DNA from: Candidatus Terrybacteria bacterium RIFCSPHIGHO2_01_FULL_48_17 | GTDB taxonomy: Bacteria; Patescibacteriota; Minisyncoccia; Terrybacterales; 2-01-FULL-58-14 | Reading direction: 5' to 3' | Assembly (NCBI GenBank): GCA_001822835.1 | Contig: MHSS01000013.1 | Location: forward strand, 10,321 to 74,320 | DNA length: 64,000 nt | Shown here: positions 1 through 9,951 of the stretch, one piece after another | Layout: every line of letters begins with the position of its first letter | Position numbering within the stretch: position 1 is the first letter of the stretch | Program-made: the position numbers and the translations under genes | Notes under the pieces: model-generated | Database searches by the model: none | Told to the model about the DNA's origin: nothing | The model's input: only the letters and a program-made list of their open reading frames with translations

Positions 1-548
1 TGCGTGATCAGTTGGGGGAAAAGCTTCCCGTAGGAACGATGGCCATTGATGCGATATTTTCACCTGTACGCATGGTTAATTTTGAGGTTGAAAATATGCG
101 ATTCCGCGAACGGACCGATTACAATCGATTAAAGCTTACCATTGAAACTGACGGTTCCGTGGATCCCGAAGAGGCATTCCAAAGGGGCGTTGCGTTGTTG
201 GTTCAGCAATTCTCCTCGCTTACCGGGATTCCGACGGCTGGATTAAAACAATCCACCGTTTCTGCTTCCACTATTAAAAAGACAGAAGCAGTGACAAAAG
301 CGGCAAAAGCTTCCGTATCCCAGCCCGTTTCCAAAGCTCTTGATGGTGACATTTTGAAACAACCTATCGCTATGTTGGGTCTTCCTGGGCGCGTGGGCTC
401 GGCCTTAAAATCTGCTGGTATTCAAACAGTTGCTGGACTTGTACGGAGGCGCGCATCAGAGCTTTTAAAACTTCCCGGCATAAGCGATCGGGCAATTCAG
501 GAAATACGGACTGCGCTTGGGACAGTGCGATTAACGTTAAAAGAATAA
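1..548 (+). CDS. rpoA: DNA-directed RNA polymerase subunit alpha (5'-truncated by window edge)
   Basis: IDAIFSPVRMVNFEVENMR...RTDYNRLKLTIETDGSVDPEEA motif and an alpha-CTD-like C-terminus; followed by rplQ. Confidence 0.95.
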   Translation, partial: RDQLGEKLPVGTMAIDAIFSPVRMVNFEVENMRFRERTDYNRLKLTIETDGSVDPEEAFQRGVALLVQQFSSLTGIPTAGLKQSTVSASTIKKTEAVTKAAKASVSQPVSKALDGDILKQPIAMLGLPGRVGSALKSAGIQTVAGLVRRRASELLKLPGISDRAIQEIRTALGTVRLTLKE

Positions 549-554
549 GCGAGT

Positions 555-902
555 ATGCGGAAACGCAAAAAGGGGAAAAAATTTGGGAGAGAACGAAGTC
601 AAAGAAAAGCGTTTTTGAGCGGGCTTGCCCGCAATCTTTTGATGCATGGGCATATTGAAACGACGCTACCGCGCGCAAAAGCGGTGCGAAAGGTAGCGGA
701 ACGCGCGATAACGGTTGGGAAAAAACAGGATCTGGCTGGTAGGCGCCGCCTTGCAGGAATGTTTTCTCAAGAAGCGGCCAGAAAGATTTTTTCGGATATT
801 GCCCCTCGTTATCAGCAAAGGGCGGGAGGATATACCAGAATACGAAAACTAGGACCAAGACACGGGGACGCAGCACCACGCGCGATCATCGAGCTTGTGT
901 GA
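555..902 (+). CDS. rplQ: 50S ribosomal protein L17
   Basis: MRKRKKGKKFGR...IETTLPRAK...GGYTRIRKLGPRHGDAAP is the L17 signature. Confidence 0.97.
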   Translation: MRKRKKGKKFGRERSQRKAFLSGLARNLLMHGHIETTLPRAKAVRKVAERAITVGKKQDLAGRRRLAGMFSQEAARKIFSDIAPRYQQRAGGYTRIRKLGPRHGDAAPRAIIELV

Positions 903-903
903 T

Positions 904-1263
904 ATGAATCAAGTGCGACACACGATTGATGCAAAAGGAAAATCACTTGGCCGTGTGGCAAGCGAGGTTGTGCGTTTATTGCAGGAGAAAGACCTTCCCA
1001 CCTTTTTACCTAACAACATTTCAAATGTTTCTGTCGTTGTTTTAAATATCCAGAAATTGCGTCCTTTTGGGAAAGGGGCAGCAACCAAAAAAATTACTCG
1101 TCATACAGGTTACCCCGGAGGTTTGCGCGTAAAATCTGTGCCGGAATTATTCAAAAAAAATCCAGCCAAGGTTTTTCGACACGCAGTTGAAGGCATGCTG
1201 CCTGCCAATAAGCTACGCAAAAGAATGCTACGGCGATTGGTGATTCACAATGATGAGGAATAA
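904..1263 (+). CDS. rplM: 50S ribosomal protein L13
   Basis: IDAKGKSLGRVAS...HTGYPGGL...AVEGMLP; ATG at 904 chosen. Confidence 0.95.
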   Translation: MNQVRHTIDAKGKSLGRVASEVVRLLQEKDLPTFLPNNISNVSVVVLNIQKLRPFGKGAATKKITRHTGYPGGLRVKSVPELFKKNPAKVFRHAVEGMLPANKLRKRMLRRLVIHNDEE

Positions 1264-1265
1264 CT

Positions 1266-1772
1266 ATGCCCAAAGTTACGACAAAAAAATCAGCGCCCAA
1301 AAAAGCTTCTCGCCGTCCTGTTGCGAAACAAAAGGCGCAACCCCAAAGACCGATAAAACCAAGCGAGCCACGTTTTATTCCATCAAAATATGTTGAAGGC
1401 GTGGGTCGTCGTAAAACGGCTATCGCACGCGTGAGGATTTTTACGAAAGGCGATAAAGAAATAGTGGTTAATGGACGGGCGCTTGAAAACTACTTTCCGG
1501 TGGCTGGCCATCGTGATGAGGTACGTGCACCATTGCAGCGTCTTAATATTGAAGATAAGTTTCGTATTTCCGTACAAGCGCATGGCAGCGGCGTGCATGC
1601 CCAGGCTCAGGCCATACGCCATGGATTGGCACGGGCCCTTGTGCGGTTTAATCCGGACTTTCGCAAACGCCTGAAACGGGCAGGATATCTTACGCGCGAT
1701 GCCCGTATGGTTGAACGCAAAAAAGCGGGGCTGAAAAAGGCAAGAAGGGCGCCCCAATGGCAAAAACGATAG
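1266..1772 (+). CDS. rpsI: 30S ribosomal protein S9 with basic N-terminal extension
   Basis: GVGRRKTAIARV...LTRDARMVERKKAGLKKARRAPQWQKR. Confidence 0.97.
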   Translation: MPKVTTKKSAPKKASRRPVAKQKAQPQRPIKPSEPRFIPSKYVEGVGRRKTAIARVRIFTKGDKEIVVNGRALENYFPVAGHRDEVRAPLQRLNIEDKFRISVQAHGSGVHAQAQAIRHGLARALVRFNPDFRKRLKRAGYLTRDARMVERKKAGLKKARRAPQWQKR

Positions 1773-1926
1773 TGAAGCTCGTGGAGGACTAATTTGCGAA
1801 ACGCAAGCCGCCCCAGCGAGACGGCTTGCTCTGTCCTCGGTTCGCTCCCGAGCACATAATGCGTTATGTGCTCGGACCATGCCCGCTCGCCTGCGGAGGT
1901 TCGCAAATCAGCCTCCACTCGCTTAC
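1772..1926 (+). repeat. structured 3'-UTR element, copy A
   Basis: Terminal arms GTGGAGGACTAATTTGCGAA / TTCGCAAATCAGCCTCCAC with internal hairpins; shares motifs with 17268-17423 on the minus strand. Confidence 0.65.
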
Positions 1927-2009
1927 CGGAGGAACGAAAATAAGGCAAGCGCTTTCGCTAAATCGCTCAGCACAAACACGCTGCGCCAGAAAGAAAAAGA
2001 AAAGATAAA

Positions 2010-2035
2010 AGAATCCCGCACTCGGCGGGGTTTTG
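2010..2035. terminator. probable intrinsic terminator between convergent genes
   Basis: AATCCCGC-ACTCG-GCGGGGTT hairpin with an A-rich 5' flank and a T-rich 3' flank. Confidence 0.55.
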
Positions 2036-2070
2036 TGTAGATAAAAAGAGCAATGGGCGTTTCTGCGTTG

Positions 2071-2110
2071 TCCTTCGTCGAGCTCAGGATCCCGAGCGGC
2101 GTCGAGGGAT
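2071..2110. repeat. REP-like palindrome pair
   Basis: TCCTTCGTCGAGCTCAGGA-TCCCGAGCGGCGTCGAGGGA resembles the CCCTTCGACnnGCTCAGG family of REP-like repeats. Confidence 0.45.
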
Positions 2111-2120
2111 TCTGTGATAC

Positions 2121-3500
2121 TCACAATCCAATCGCGCCTCCGATATCAATCGTTGGCCTTGTGGGAATTCGAAATCTTACCAGCCGGCCATCAGGAAACG
2201 CTACGAATAGGGATTGGATACGCAAGTCAACATCAAGAGCACCGATCGTTTCATTAAGAATCGTGGCACTATTTCTGCCACCTCGTTCATCCAACTCAAA
2301 TATACGAATATCTTGTGATGTGCTCACGATCACGTGTTCTTCGCCCGGAGCAAACGACGCATCAAGCAAGTCTCGTGAAGCACGCAATATTAGCGTTTCA
2401 TCTCCTTTTTTTCTTTGGGGTTGTTCGGGCCGTTCTTTGAGAAAATGTACCCGCACTTCATTTGGGGTGCGAAACAATATTTTTTCTCCACTGGGAGAAA
2501 ATTCAAATCCTAACACGCGTTCATGCAACTGAAGGGCTTGGGTTTGATCAGTATCCAGAAACCAGAGTGGGCCATTCTGGGCATATATTGTTATTTTGCC
2601 CTCATGCGTGATAATTTTTATCGGCGCATCTGGAGTTTTTATTGCCGAATTGGTAAGTTGCGTTTTTTCTTCCGGATTTTCCGAATTTATTCTCCAAAGA
2701 TACCCTTCTGTATCGAGGGCGATAATATGGCTAGCGTCCCATCCGAAGGCAATGACATTACGCATAAGCGTTTTTTGCGGGGCTGGGTTTAAAAGTCCCA
2801 GTACGACAAGATTTTGGCCTGAGCGCGCCGCAAGCATCTTCCCGTCGCCTCGAACGAGTGCATCAGAAAGACCGGCAGGAAGGGGGCTGATATGTGGATT
2901 TTGTTTATCCTCAAGATCGACCAATACAGTCGTTCCGTTTTCGAGTACCGTAGTTGCTTTTGGGCTTTCGTTTGCCCATACTGCCGTAACTGCCGATATG
3001 TCTTGTGTTGAAAAAAGAACAGTAAGATCCTTATCGTCGACTACCTTGAGGCCATCGTTTGAAATAAGCAAAAGAAAGCTCTGTTTTGGTGATGAAATGA
3101 TTGTTGAGGGAAAAGCCGCAGAGCGTGTCGCAATAACATCAAGCTTTTGTGGCCATAGTTGTGCAAAAGGGAACAGGAGCGTTTTTCCCGGCTCAATGGC
3201 AGCAATCTTTTTCCATGGTGTGAAACCAGCCCGCATCGCTTCGATATTTAAAGAGCCGGGGATAAGGTTTGCAAAATATGCTTTCGAAGAAATTGCTGAA
3301 GTAGTTTTGCTCCGTTTGGTTTCAACAGAAACAGTCGTTCCGTATGGAAATGGGAACACAGCAAGCGCGCCGGTTTTCACGATGGCGCCTTCTCTTAAAG
3401 ATAGCCGCCATCCCATAGCATAAAGTGCGGTAAGCGGTATTGCGATTAACGCTATAAGGATCGCCGCCCTTACTATAATTTGCCGTGTTCCTCGGCTCAT
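2121..3500 (-). CDS. membrane-anchored protein with PEGA-like and beta-propeller-like regions (CPR hypothetical)
   Basis: N-terminal TM, LYAMGWR...KTGALAV, GFTPWKK, ELDERGGRN; long ORF. Confidence 0.75.
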   Translation of the reverse strand: MSRGTRQIIVRAAILIALIAIPLTALYAMGWRLSLREGAIVKTGALAVFPFPYGTTVSVETKRSKTTSAISSKAYFANLIPGSLNIEAMRAGFTPWKKIAAIEPGKTLLFPFAQLWPQKLDVIATRSAAFPSTIISSPKQSFLLLISNDGLKVVDDKDLTVLFSTQDISAVTAVWANESPKATTVLENGTTVLVDLEDKQNPHISPLPAGLSDALVRGDGKMLAARSGQNLVVLGLLNPAPQKTLMRNVIAFGWDASHIIALDTEGYLWRINSENPEEKTQLTNSAIKTPDAPIKIITHEGKITIYAQNGPLWFLDTDQTQALQLHERVLGFEFSPSGEKILFRTPNEVRVHFLKERPEQPQRKKGDETLILRASRDLLDASFAPGEEHVIVSTSQDIRIFELDERGGRNSATILNETIGALDVDLRIQSLFVAFPDGRLVRFRIPTRPTIDIGGAIGL

Positions 3501-3582
3501 ATGCTTTAGCTTACCATATGGGCTTTCCTTGCGAGAGTAGGGCTTATAGGGTATGGTAGAATTTGCAACATATTTTATTGTT

Positions 3583-4848
3583 ATGGCGGGAAGGTTCGTT
3601 ATTAATGGGGGAAAACCGCTTTACGGCACCGTCGGGGTGGCGGGTGCTAAAAATGCTGTTTTAAAACTTATCGCAGCATGTCTTTTGACGAAAGAGTCAT
3701 GCACGCTCCATAATATTCCCGATATTTCCGACGTTTCCCAAATGCTTGCGATTTTAGAAAGCATGGGAGTGCGCGTTGAACGTCCCCAGAAAGGAACTGT
3801 TTCTATCGCTGCCGATAGGGTTGACCCCAAAAATATCGCTACCTCTCTCGTCTCAAAGCTGCGTGCATCCGTGGTGCTTTTGGGGCCGTTGCTTGTTCGT
3901 TTTGGCGAAATTCGCTTGCCTTATCCTGGGGGAGATCGTATTGGCGCACGACCACTTGATGCGCATCGCAGCATATTTGAACAATTTGGTGCAGAAATTA
4001 TTTCTTGGGATACGCTTTTGCATCTTCGTATCCCAAGAAACGGTCTTAGGCCCGGCCGGATTGTCCTTCCCGAATTTTCCGTGACTGCAACGGAAAACGC
4101 GATGCTTACTGCTTCGCTGTTGCCGGGTAAAACAATGCTTCATATCGCAGCCGCAGAACCGCACGTGCAAGATCTTGCCGCCTTGCTTGTTCGTATGGGG
4201 ATTAATATTCAGGGGGCAGGAACTCATGATCTTATCATTTTCGGGGAAAAAACGCTTTCGGGCGCTACGCACACGACCATCCCCGATCCTCTGGATGCAG
4301 CTACCTTCCTTATTTTTGGTGCCGCAACGCGCGGAGAGATAGAAATATGTGGCGCGCGCGAGGATCATCTTCTTTTAGTTCTTGAGAAGCTTAAAGAAAT
4401 GGGGGTTGGGCTTAAGGTTGATGGATCCTCTATTTCCGTTTCCGGAAAAGGGCAGCTTCGCGCAACTCGTCGCATTCAAGCAATGCCCTATCCAGGAATT
4501 CCCTCAGATCTTCAGGCGTTATTTGCGGTTCTTGCCACCCAAGCAGAAGGAGAAACCCAAATACACGATCCTCTTTTTGAAGGGCGCTTCCTCTACGTCA
4601 ATGAGCTTAAGCGCATGGGGGCGGCGGCAGAACAACATAATTCCCACGAGGCCCTTATCCGTGGCGTTACCAAGCTTTCTGGAATGAGGATCTCCTCATT
4701 TGATATTCGCGCCGGAGCTGCTATGGTACTTGCGGGGCTTATTGCTGGCGGTCAGACCATTATTGAAGGGGTAGAGCATATCGACCGCGGTTATGAGGAT
4801 CTAGATGGAAGGTTGAGAAGCTTGGGGGCAGATATTATCCGACAATGA
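3583..4848 (+). CDS. murA: UDP-N-acetylglucosamine 1-carboxyvinyltransferase
   Basis: GAKNA, LRASVVLLGPLL, PGGDRIGARPLDAH (Asp at the catalytic Cys position), DIRAGAA, IDRGYE. Confidence 0.96.
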   Translation: MAGRFVINGGKPLYGTVGVAGAKNAVLKLIAACLLTKESCTLHNIPDISDVSQMLAILESMGVRVERPQKGTVSIAADRVDPKNIATSLVSKLRASVVLLGPLLVRFGEIRLPYPGGDRIGARPLDAHRSIFEQFGAEIISWDTLLHLRIPRNGLRPGRIVLPEFSVTATENAMLTASLLPGKTMLHIAAAEPHVQDLAALLVRMGINIQGAGTHDLIIFGEKTLSGATHTTIPDPLDAATFLIFGAATRGEIEICGAREDHLLLVLEKLKEMGVGLKVDGSSISVSGKGQLRATRRIQAMPYPGIPSDLQALFAVLATQAEGETQIHDPLFEGRFLYVNELKRMGAAAEQHNSHEALIRGVTKLSGMRISSFDIRAGAAMVLAGLIAGGQTIIEGVEHIDRGYEDLDGRLRSLGADIIRQ

Positions 4849-4950
4849 CCAATGCCCCAAGCTCAAATATCCAATTCGTCGAATTGGTAATTATGATTTA
4901 GACATTCATCGGACATTTATTGGATATTGGGATTTTGACATTGGGATTTT
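4843..4950. repeat. heptamer-periodic inverted-repeat element
   Basis: CAATGAC CAATGCC CCAAGCT CAAATAT CCAA ... TTGGATA TTGGGAT TTTGACA TTGGGAT. Confidence 0.7.
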
Positions 4951-4959
4951 CACAAAATT

Positions 4960-5973
4960 ATGTTCATACGCAAAATCGGCATTGATCTTGGCACCACCAA
5001 TTCTCTTGTTTTCCTTCCTCGCAAGGGCGTTGTGTTGAACGAGCCGACGGTGGTTGCCGTTTCTATTTTGGATAAAAAGGTGGTGGCTGTCGGGCATGCA
5101 GCCAAAGAGATGATCGGCAGAACTCCAGAAACGATCGTTGCGAGCCGTCCCATGAAAGACGGTGTCATCGCCGATTATCGTATTACCGAAGCAATGCTGC
5201 GGTATTTCGTTTCGCGAGCACTCGGTTCATTTCGAATTGTTCGACCTGATGTGATGATTTCGGTTCCTGCCGGAATCACTTCAACCGAGCGGAGAGCCGT
5301 TATTGAGGCGGCGCGTTCCGCAGGTGCACGCGAGGCCTATGTCGTAAAGGAGCCCATTTTGGCAGCAATTGGTGCCGGCCTTCCCATTAATGCGCCTTCC
5401 GGTTCCATGATTGTAAATTCCGGCGGCGGAACGACGGAAGTTGCAGTGTTATCACTCGGCGGACTTGTTGCGGTTTCGTCCGTGCGCGTTGCCGGAAACC
5501 GACTGGACGCTGCAATTATGGAGTTTATGAAGAGAAAATATAACGTAGCAATTGGGGAGCGCACAGCGGAGCAAATTAAAATTGCCATAGGAGCCGCCCT
5601 CCCCTTGAAAGAAAATCCAAAAATGGCGGTGAAGGGACGGGATCTTGCTGGCGGTTTGCCAAAAATTATTGAAGTGAAATCAAATGAAATTACCGATGCA
5701 ATGGCGGATCCTTTGCGGGAAATCGTGCGCGCGGTAAAGGCCGTGTTGCGGGAAACCCCCCCGGAACTTGCTGCTGATGTAATAGAAAACGGTATGGTAT
5801 TATCCGGCGGCACGGCCCTGTTGCGTCATTTGGATAGGTTATTGGAGCAAGCAACGGGAGTGCCCGCGCGTGTAGCCGACGAATCTCTCTTCTGCGTTGC
5901 AAAAGGAACAGGGGCGGCGCTTGAAAGTTTGGATGTATACAAGCAGAGCATATCTTCTCTTAGGAGACCATAA
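4960..5973 (+). CDS. mreB: rod shape-determining protein MreB
   Basis: IGIDLGTTNS, RPMKDGVIADY, GGGTTEVAV, TPPELAAD. Confidence 0.96.
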   Translation: MFIRKIGIDLGTTNSLVFLPRKGVVLNEPTVVAVSILDKKVVAVGHAAKEMIGRTPETIVASRPMKDGVIADYRITEAMLRYFVSRALGSFRIVRPDVMISVPAGITSTERRAVIEAARSAGAREAYVVKEPILAAIGAGLPINAPSGSMIVNSGGGTTEVAVLSLGGLVAVSSVRVAGNRLDAAIMEFMKRKYNVAIGERTAEQIKIAIGAALPLKENPKMAVKGRDLAGGLPKIIEVKSNEITDAMADPLREIVRAVKAVLRETPPELAADVIENGMVLSGGTALLRHLDRLLEQATGVPARVADESLFCVAKGTGAALESLDVYKQSISSLRRP

Positions 5974-7058
5974 TGCAAATTGGTATTCATGCTGCAGCAT
6001 TAGTCCGCCCGCGTATCGCGGGCGTTGAACGCTACACCCGCGAGCTTTTGGGGGCGCTTTTGGCGCTTCCGGAATCTCGGAGCCATACGTTTGTCCTTTT
6101 CACACCAACACGCCCCGATTTTGACGTTTCTCAAACGCCGCATGCAAAATTCCATATCGTGCCGCAAAATATTGCTTTTACCCAATTTGGGTTAAGTAAA
6201 GCGTTCTTACGGATGAAGCTCGACTCTTTTTTTGTGCCGGCACATGTGTTGCCCCGCGTGCTGCCTGGTAAAACCGTGGTGACAGTACACGGGCTAGAAT
6301 TTGAACACGCGCCGTGGGCATATCCTAAAACCCAGCGCCTGTGGCTTCGCGTAATGACTAAGGATGCGGTGAAACGGGCGGATAAGGTGATCGCTATATC
6401 GGAGGCGACCAAGCGGGATCTTGTTGAGCGTTATCACGTACCTGAAGATAAGATTAGTGTTATTCATCACGGATTTTCTGTTCAGGAAACTCAAGACGAA
6501 ATAGCATCTAAGGCACAGGTGGGCCGAAAACCATATTTTTTATTTTTCGGACGCCTTGAGCAAAAAAAGAATATTGCCAGCATAGTGCGTGCGTTTACCA
6601 CATTTAAAACCTTAACTCGTTTTCCGCACCGGCTGTTGCTGGCGGGTGCTGCGGGTTTTGGATTTTCCCAAATTAAGAAAGAAGTTGACACAAGCCCGGC
6701 TAAAAATGATATCGTACGATTGGGTTATGTGCCCGATACGCTACGGGGGCATTTACTCAAGTATGCGGCCGCGTTTGTATTTCCATCGTGGGCAGAAGGA
6801 TTCGGTCTTCCTATTCTTGAGGCGCAAGCAGCCGGTGTGCCCGTGATTACGTCAGACACAACAGCCATGCCGGAGATTGCTGGCGGCGGGGCGCTTTTTG
6901 TGGATCCCAAAGACCCAGAAATGCTGGCACAGGCAATGCGAAAAATAGTTCAAGACCCGAAACTTCGGCAAAAGCTTATTGTTGCAGGGCTGGTAAACCT
7001 TAAACGGTTCTCGTGGGAAGAAACCGCACGACGGACTTTAGGAATACTCATAGAATAA
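5973..7058 (+). CDS. glycosyltransferase family 4 (GT-B)
   Basis: FFGRLEQKKNI, FPSWAEGFGLPILEAQAAGVPVI. Confidence 0.92.
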   Translation: MQIGIHAAALVRPRIAGVERYTRELLGALLALPESRSHTFVLFTPTRPDFDVSQTPHAKFHIVPQNIAFTQFGLSKAFLRMKLDSFFVPAHVLPRVLPGKTVVTVHGLEFEHAPWAYPKTQRLWLRVMTKDAVKRADKVIAISEATKRDLVERYHVPEDKISVIHHGFSVQETQDEIASKAQVGRKPYFLFFGRLEQKKNIASIVRAFTTFKTLTRFPHRLLLAGAAGFGFSQIKKEVDTSPAKNDIVRLGYVPDTLRGHLLKYAAAFVFPSWAEGFGLPILEAQAAGVPVITSDTTAMPEIAGGGALFVDPKDPEMLAQAMRKIVQDPKLRQKLIVAGLVNLKRFSWEETARRTLGILIE

Positions 7059-7109
7059 TTTTGTATTTCGAATCGTCGGTTTGGATTTTGGGTTTTGGAT
7101 TTTTTGTTT

Positions 7110-8213
7110 ATGCGCTTAGCTTTTGTTACGGAGCCACTTACGCGTTTTGGTGGGGCAGAAAAAGTGCTTCGCGTTTTGCATGAAATGTATCCTGACGCTC
7201 CGATCTACGCACCCTATTATGACCCAGTCGTGGTCGCACGGTTTTTTCCCAAGGCAGAAGTGCGTACCTCCTTTTTACAACGTTTGCCATGGCGCATGCT
7301 GGGGGCGCGCATGCTCTTGCCGCTGCTTGCAGTGGCGGTTGAGTCGTTTGATCTCCGTGATTTTGATCTAGTTGTTTCTTCAAGCTCGGCATTTGCAAAA
7401 GGGGCAGTTACGCGCTCCCATGCCCGTCACGTGGCGTACGTACATACACCACCCCGGTTTTTGTGGGAAGACCGCCATCTTTATCTTGAGGCGCTACGAA
7501 TGCCACTAATAATAAAATGGGGTATTGCCCCTCTTCTTCATTGGTTGCGCACGTGGGATCAGCATACCGCATACCGGGTTGATGGTTTTTTCGCAAATTC
7601 CAGCTATACAGCGCAAAGGGTTAAAAAATATTGGGGAAAAGATGCGCAAGTACTTTACCCTCCCGTAGATACACAATCGTACGCTGGCGATGCAAACTCC
7701 TTTCCGCAAAAACCCTATGCGCTCGCAATTTCTCGTTTTACTCCCCACAAACGTCTTGGGCTTGCGCTCGAAGCATTTCATCGGTTACCGGCACTGTCAT
7801 TGGTAATTGTCGGCGAAGGACCGCAGGAAGGGCTTTTAAAGAATCAAGCGCCGCCAAATGCCGTTTTCCTTCCCTGGCAGGAAACGGAGAACCTTCGTAC
7901 CCTTATGGCACATGCAGAATTTTTCGTAATGCCACAAGTCGAAGATTTTGGAATTACCGCGATTGAATCAATGGCAGAAGGAACTCCTGTGCTTGCATAT
8001 CGTGGTGGCGGGGCGCTTGAAACCGTGAAAGAAGGAGAGACCGGAGAATTTTTTGACGATCAGGACGTATTTTCGCTTGCTAATGGTATCCGTAGAATCC
8101 GTGAAGGGGTGCGTCGGGGCATATATAGAAAACAATTTCTACAAGAATATGTTCAGCGCTTTTCCGAAGATAAGTTTCGCAGCACTGTGGAAAACCTCAT
8201 AAGCCCCTCATAA
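7110..8213 (+). CDS. glycosyltransferase family 4 (GT-B)
   Basis: GGAEKVL, EDFGITAIESMAEGTPVLAY. Confidence 0.92.
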   Translation: MRLAFVTEPLTRFGGAEKVLRVLHEMYPDAPIYAPYYDPVVVARFFPKAEVRTSFLQRLPWRMLGARMLLPLLAVAVESFDLRDFDLVVSSSSAFAKGAVTRSHARHVAYVHTPPRFLWEDRHLYLEALRMPLIIKWGIAPLLHWLRTWDQHTAYRVDGFFANSSYTAQRVKKYWGKDAQVLYPPVDTQSYAGDANSFPQKPYALAISRFTPHKRLGLALEAFHRLPALSLVIVGEGPQEGLLKNQAPPNAVFLPWQETENLRTLMAHAEFFVMPQVEDFGITAIESMAEGTPVLAYRGGGALETVKEGETGEFFDDQDVFSLANGIRRIREGVRRGIYRKQFLQEYVQRFSEDKFRSTVENLISPS

Positions 8214-8237
8214 CGGGTATAGTGTTATAATAAAAAC

Positions 8238-8801
8238 ATGAACGAACAACTTTTCGCCTACGTAACAGATGGCCTTGCAAAGGGCATTAAGAAAGAAGCG
8301 CTTGAAGCCAATTTATTAAAAGCCGGATGGCAAAAAGAGGTGGTTGATCAGGCATTCGCACAAGCGGGAGGGTCTTTTCCCGGATCCTCAACCTTGTCTG
8401 GGATCCCACAAACGGCGCAAGGTGTTGTCGGAGCTGGCAATGGTTCTGGGCTTGGTTCTGCATCCGTGATCCCGCCCGGGGTTTCTGGTTGGGGATGGGG
8501 TCCGTTCCTGCTTACTTGGATTTGGGGAATTGCGCATAAGGTTTGGATAAGCTTGTTGATCTTTATTCCGTTTATTGGGTGGATTATGTGGATTATGTTG
8601 GGGGTTAAGGGGCGTGAATGGGCTTGGCGCGCACAACGCTGGGAGAGCGTTGATCATTTTAATCGCGTACAACGAAAATGGTCTATGTGGGGGGTCATTT
8701 TATCGGTGATCCCACCATTTGCAATTCTACTTATTTTTATGATTCTGGTACTTTTTGCAGGACCGTCTTCTCTTGATACAACTCCGCCTCCCATATATTA
8801 G
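8238..8801 (+). CDS. membrane protein (WxWGxF..WIWG family with CPR-type N-terminal helical domain)
   Basis: N-terminal L..AGW....DQAF motif and a Trp-rich TM region; TATAAT just upstream. Confidence 0.75.
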   Translation: MNEQLFAYVTDGLAKGIKKEALEANLLKAGWQKEVVDQAFAQAGGSFPGSSTLSGIPQTAQGVVGAGNGSGLGSASVIPPGVSGWGWGPFLLTWIWGIAHKVWISLLIFIPFIGWIMWIMLGVKGREWAWRAQRWESVDHFNRVQRKWSMWGVILSVIPPFAILLIFMILVLFAGPSSLDTTPPPIY

Positions 8802-8829
8802 GAAGATTCGATACCTTGATTCTTTACGC

Positions 8830-8856
8830 AAAAACCCGCTTTTAAAGCGGGTTTTT
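8830..8856. terminator. bidirectional intrinsic terminator
   Basis: AAAAACCCGC-TTTTAAA-GCGGGTTTTT between convergent genes. Confidence 0.85.
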
Positions 8857-9566
8857 TATTGAAGATTTATAGCCATTACATATGGTTTGTGCACCGAAAG
8901 ATACAGGGTGCGTTTTTTGTTTGTGCGCGCTGCCCACCAAAATTCACCATAACTGAAGTGCCACCATTCATTGGGAATTGAGGCAAACCCTACTGCCTCC
9001 ATTGTCTTTCGTAAGATTCGGCGATTGCGTAGGATATATGCGGGAAGATTTTGATAATCGCGGTATTTCTGATCTTGCCATTCGGTCGGCACGCAGCGCT
9101 TGAATGCTTTTCGCATCGGGAGCAACCGGCCGGTTTTTGCATAAGCAAGTGTAACGTCTATAGCCCCGCCTGTGGTGTGGGGCGGCGGATACGTATCGTC
9201 AGCCGGCACGGCAAACCGATCTGCTTGTTTACGCGCCTCTTCGCGGTTTTGCGCAAGCCCCAGGCGTTCAATTTGCTCTGCTTGGTTTTCGTGAATACCG
9301 GCTTGTGTTCTTGGCGCACGCCACGCGTCGCGTACCACGAGCGTGATATCTGACGGGAGATTTTTTGCGGTAGCATTAAGCAAAATCCCAATACCAAGTC
9401 GCACTACCGCACGATTGTCTTCTCTCAGTATGTTTTTTGACTGGTAAAGCCGTACCATGACGCTTGGGCATGCTTGAGCGATATCAACGAAGGGCTCCGT
9501 AGTGTCAAAGAGCTCGATCTGTTCGAGCTCCTGTTCTTTTCCGATAAGGTCTTCTGGGATTCGCAC
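8856..9566 (-). CDS. D-alanyl-D-alanine dipeptidase (peptidase M15D, VanX/DdpX-like)
   Basis: DAWR, PPHTTGGAIDVTL and EWWHFSYG zinc-binding motifs. Confidence 0.88.
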   Translation of the reverse strand: MRIPEDLIGKEQELEQIELFDTTEPFVDIAQACPSVMVRLYQSKNILREDNRAVVRLGIGILLNATAKNLPSDITLVVRDAWRAPRTQAGIHENQAEQIERLGLAQNREEARKQADRFAVPADDTYPPPHTTGGAIDVTLAYAKTGRLLPMRKAFKRCVPTEWQDQKYRDYQNLPAYILRNRRILRKTMEAVGFASIPNEWWHFSYGEFWWAARTNKKRTLYLSVHKPYVMAINLQ

Positions 9567-9853
9567 TAGCGTTCTCCTTGCAGCGACAGTACCTTTTCTT
9601 CAAGCTTTTGTTCGAATTGCTCCATAGCCTTAGGAAAGCCACTCCATTTTTGTGCTATTCCTTCGCGTTCTCCCATGACAAAGTAACGGGCTCGGCGTAA
9701 GAGAGAGAGGGAGGTGTGGTAAACGTCCTGGTCAAGCTCTACACATTCTGCGAGCAGAGTGGTTATGGTGTTTTCGCCGTCGCCGCGGTTTTCAAAATAT
9801 TCCAAAACGTGCATATAAAAACTAGATAGCCTCGCTTCTTTCGTGCGGTTCAT
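9566..9853 (-). CDS. hypothetical protein
   Basis: 95-aa ORF with strong AGGAGAGG SD; its stop codon overlaps the start of the M15 gene. Confidence 0.65.
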   Translation of the reverse strand: MNRTKEARLSSFYMHVLEYFENRGDGENTITTLLAECVELDQDVYHTSLSLLRRARYFVMGEREGIAQKWSGFPKAMEQFEQKLEEKVLSLQGER

Positions 9854-9951
9854 GGCCTCTCCTTTTTTGTTGTAAAAATAAACTACGGTGTCTTTCTAGC
9901 ACCGTAGCGTTTTGTTGTCAATTCTGATATCTGATCTCTGATTTCTGATTC

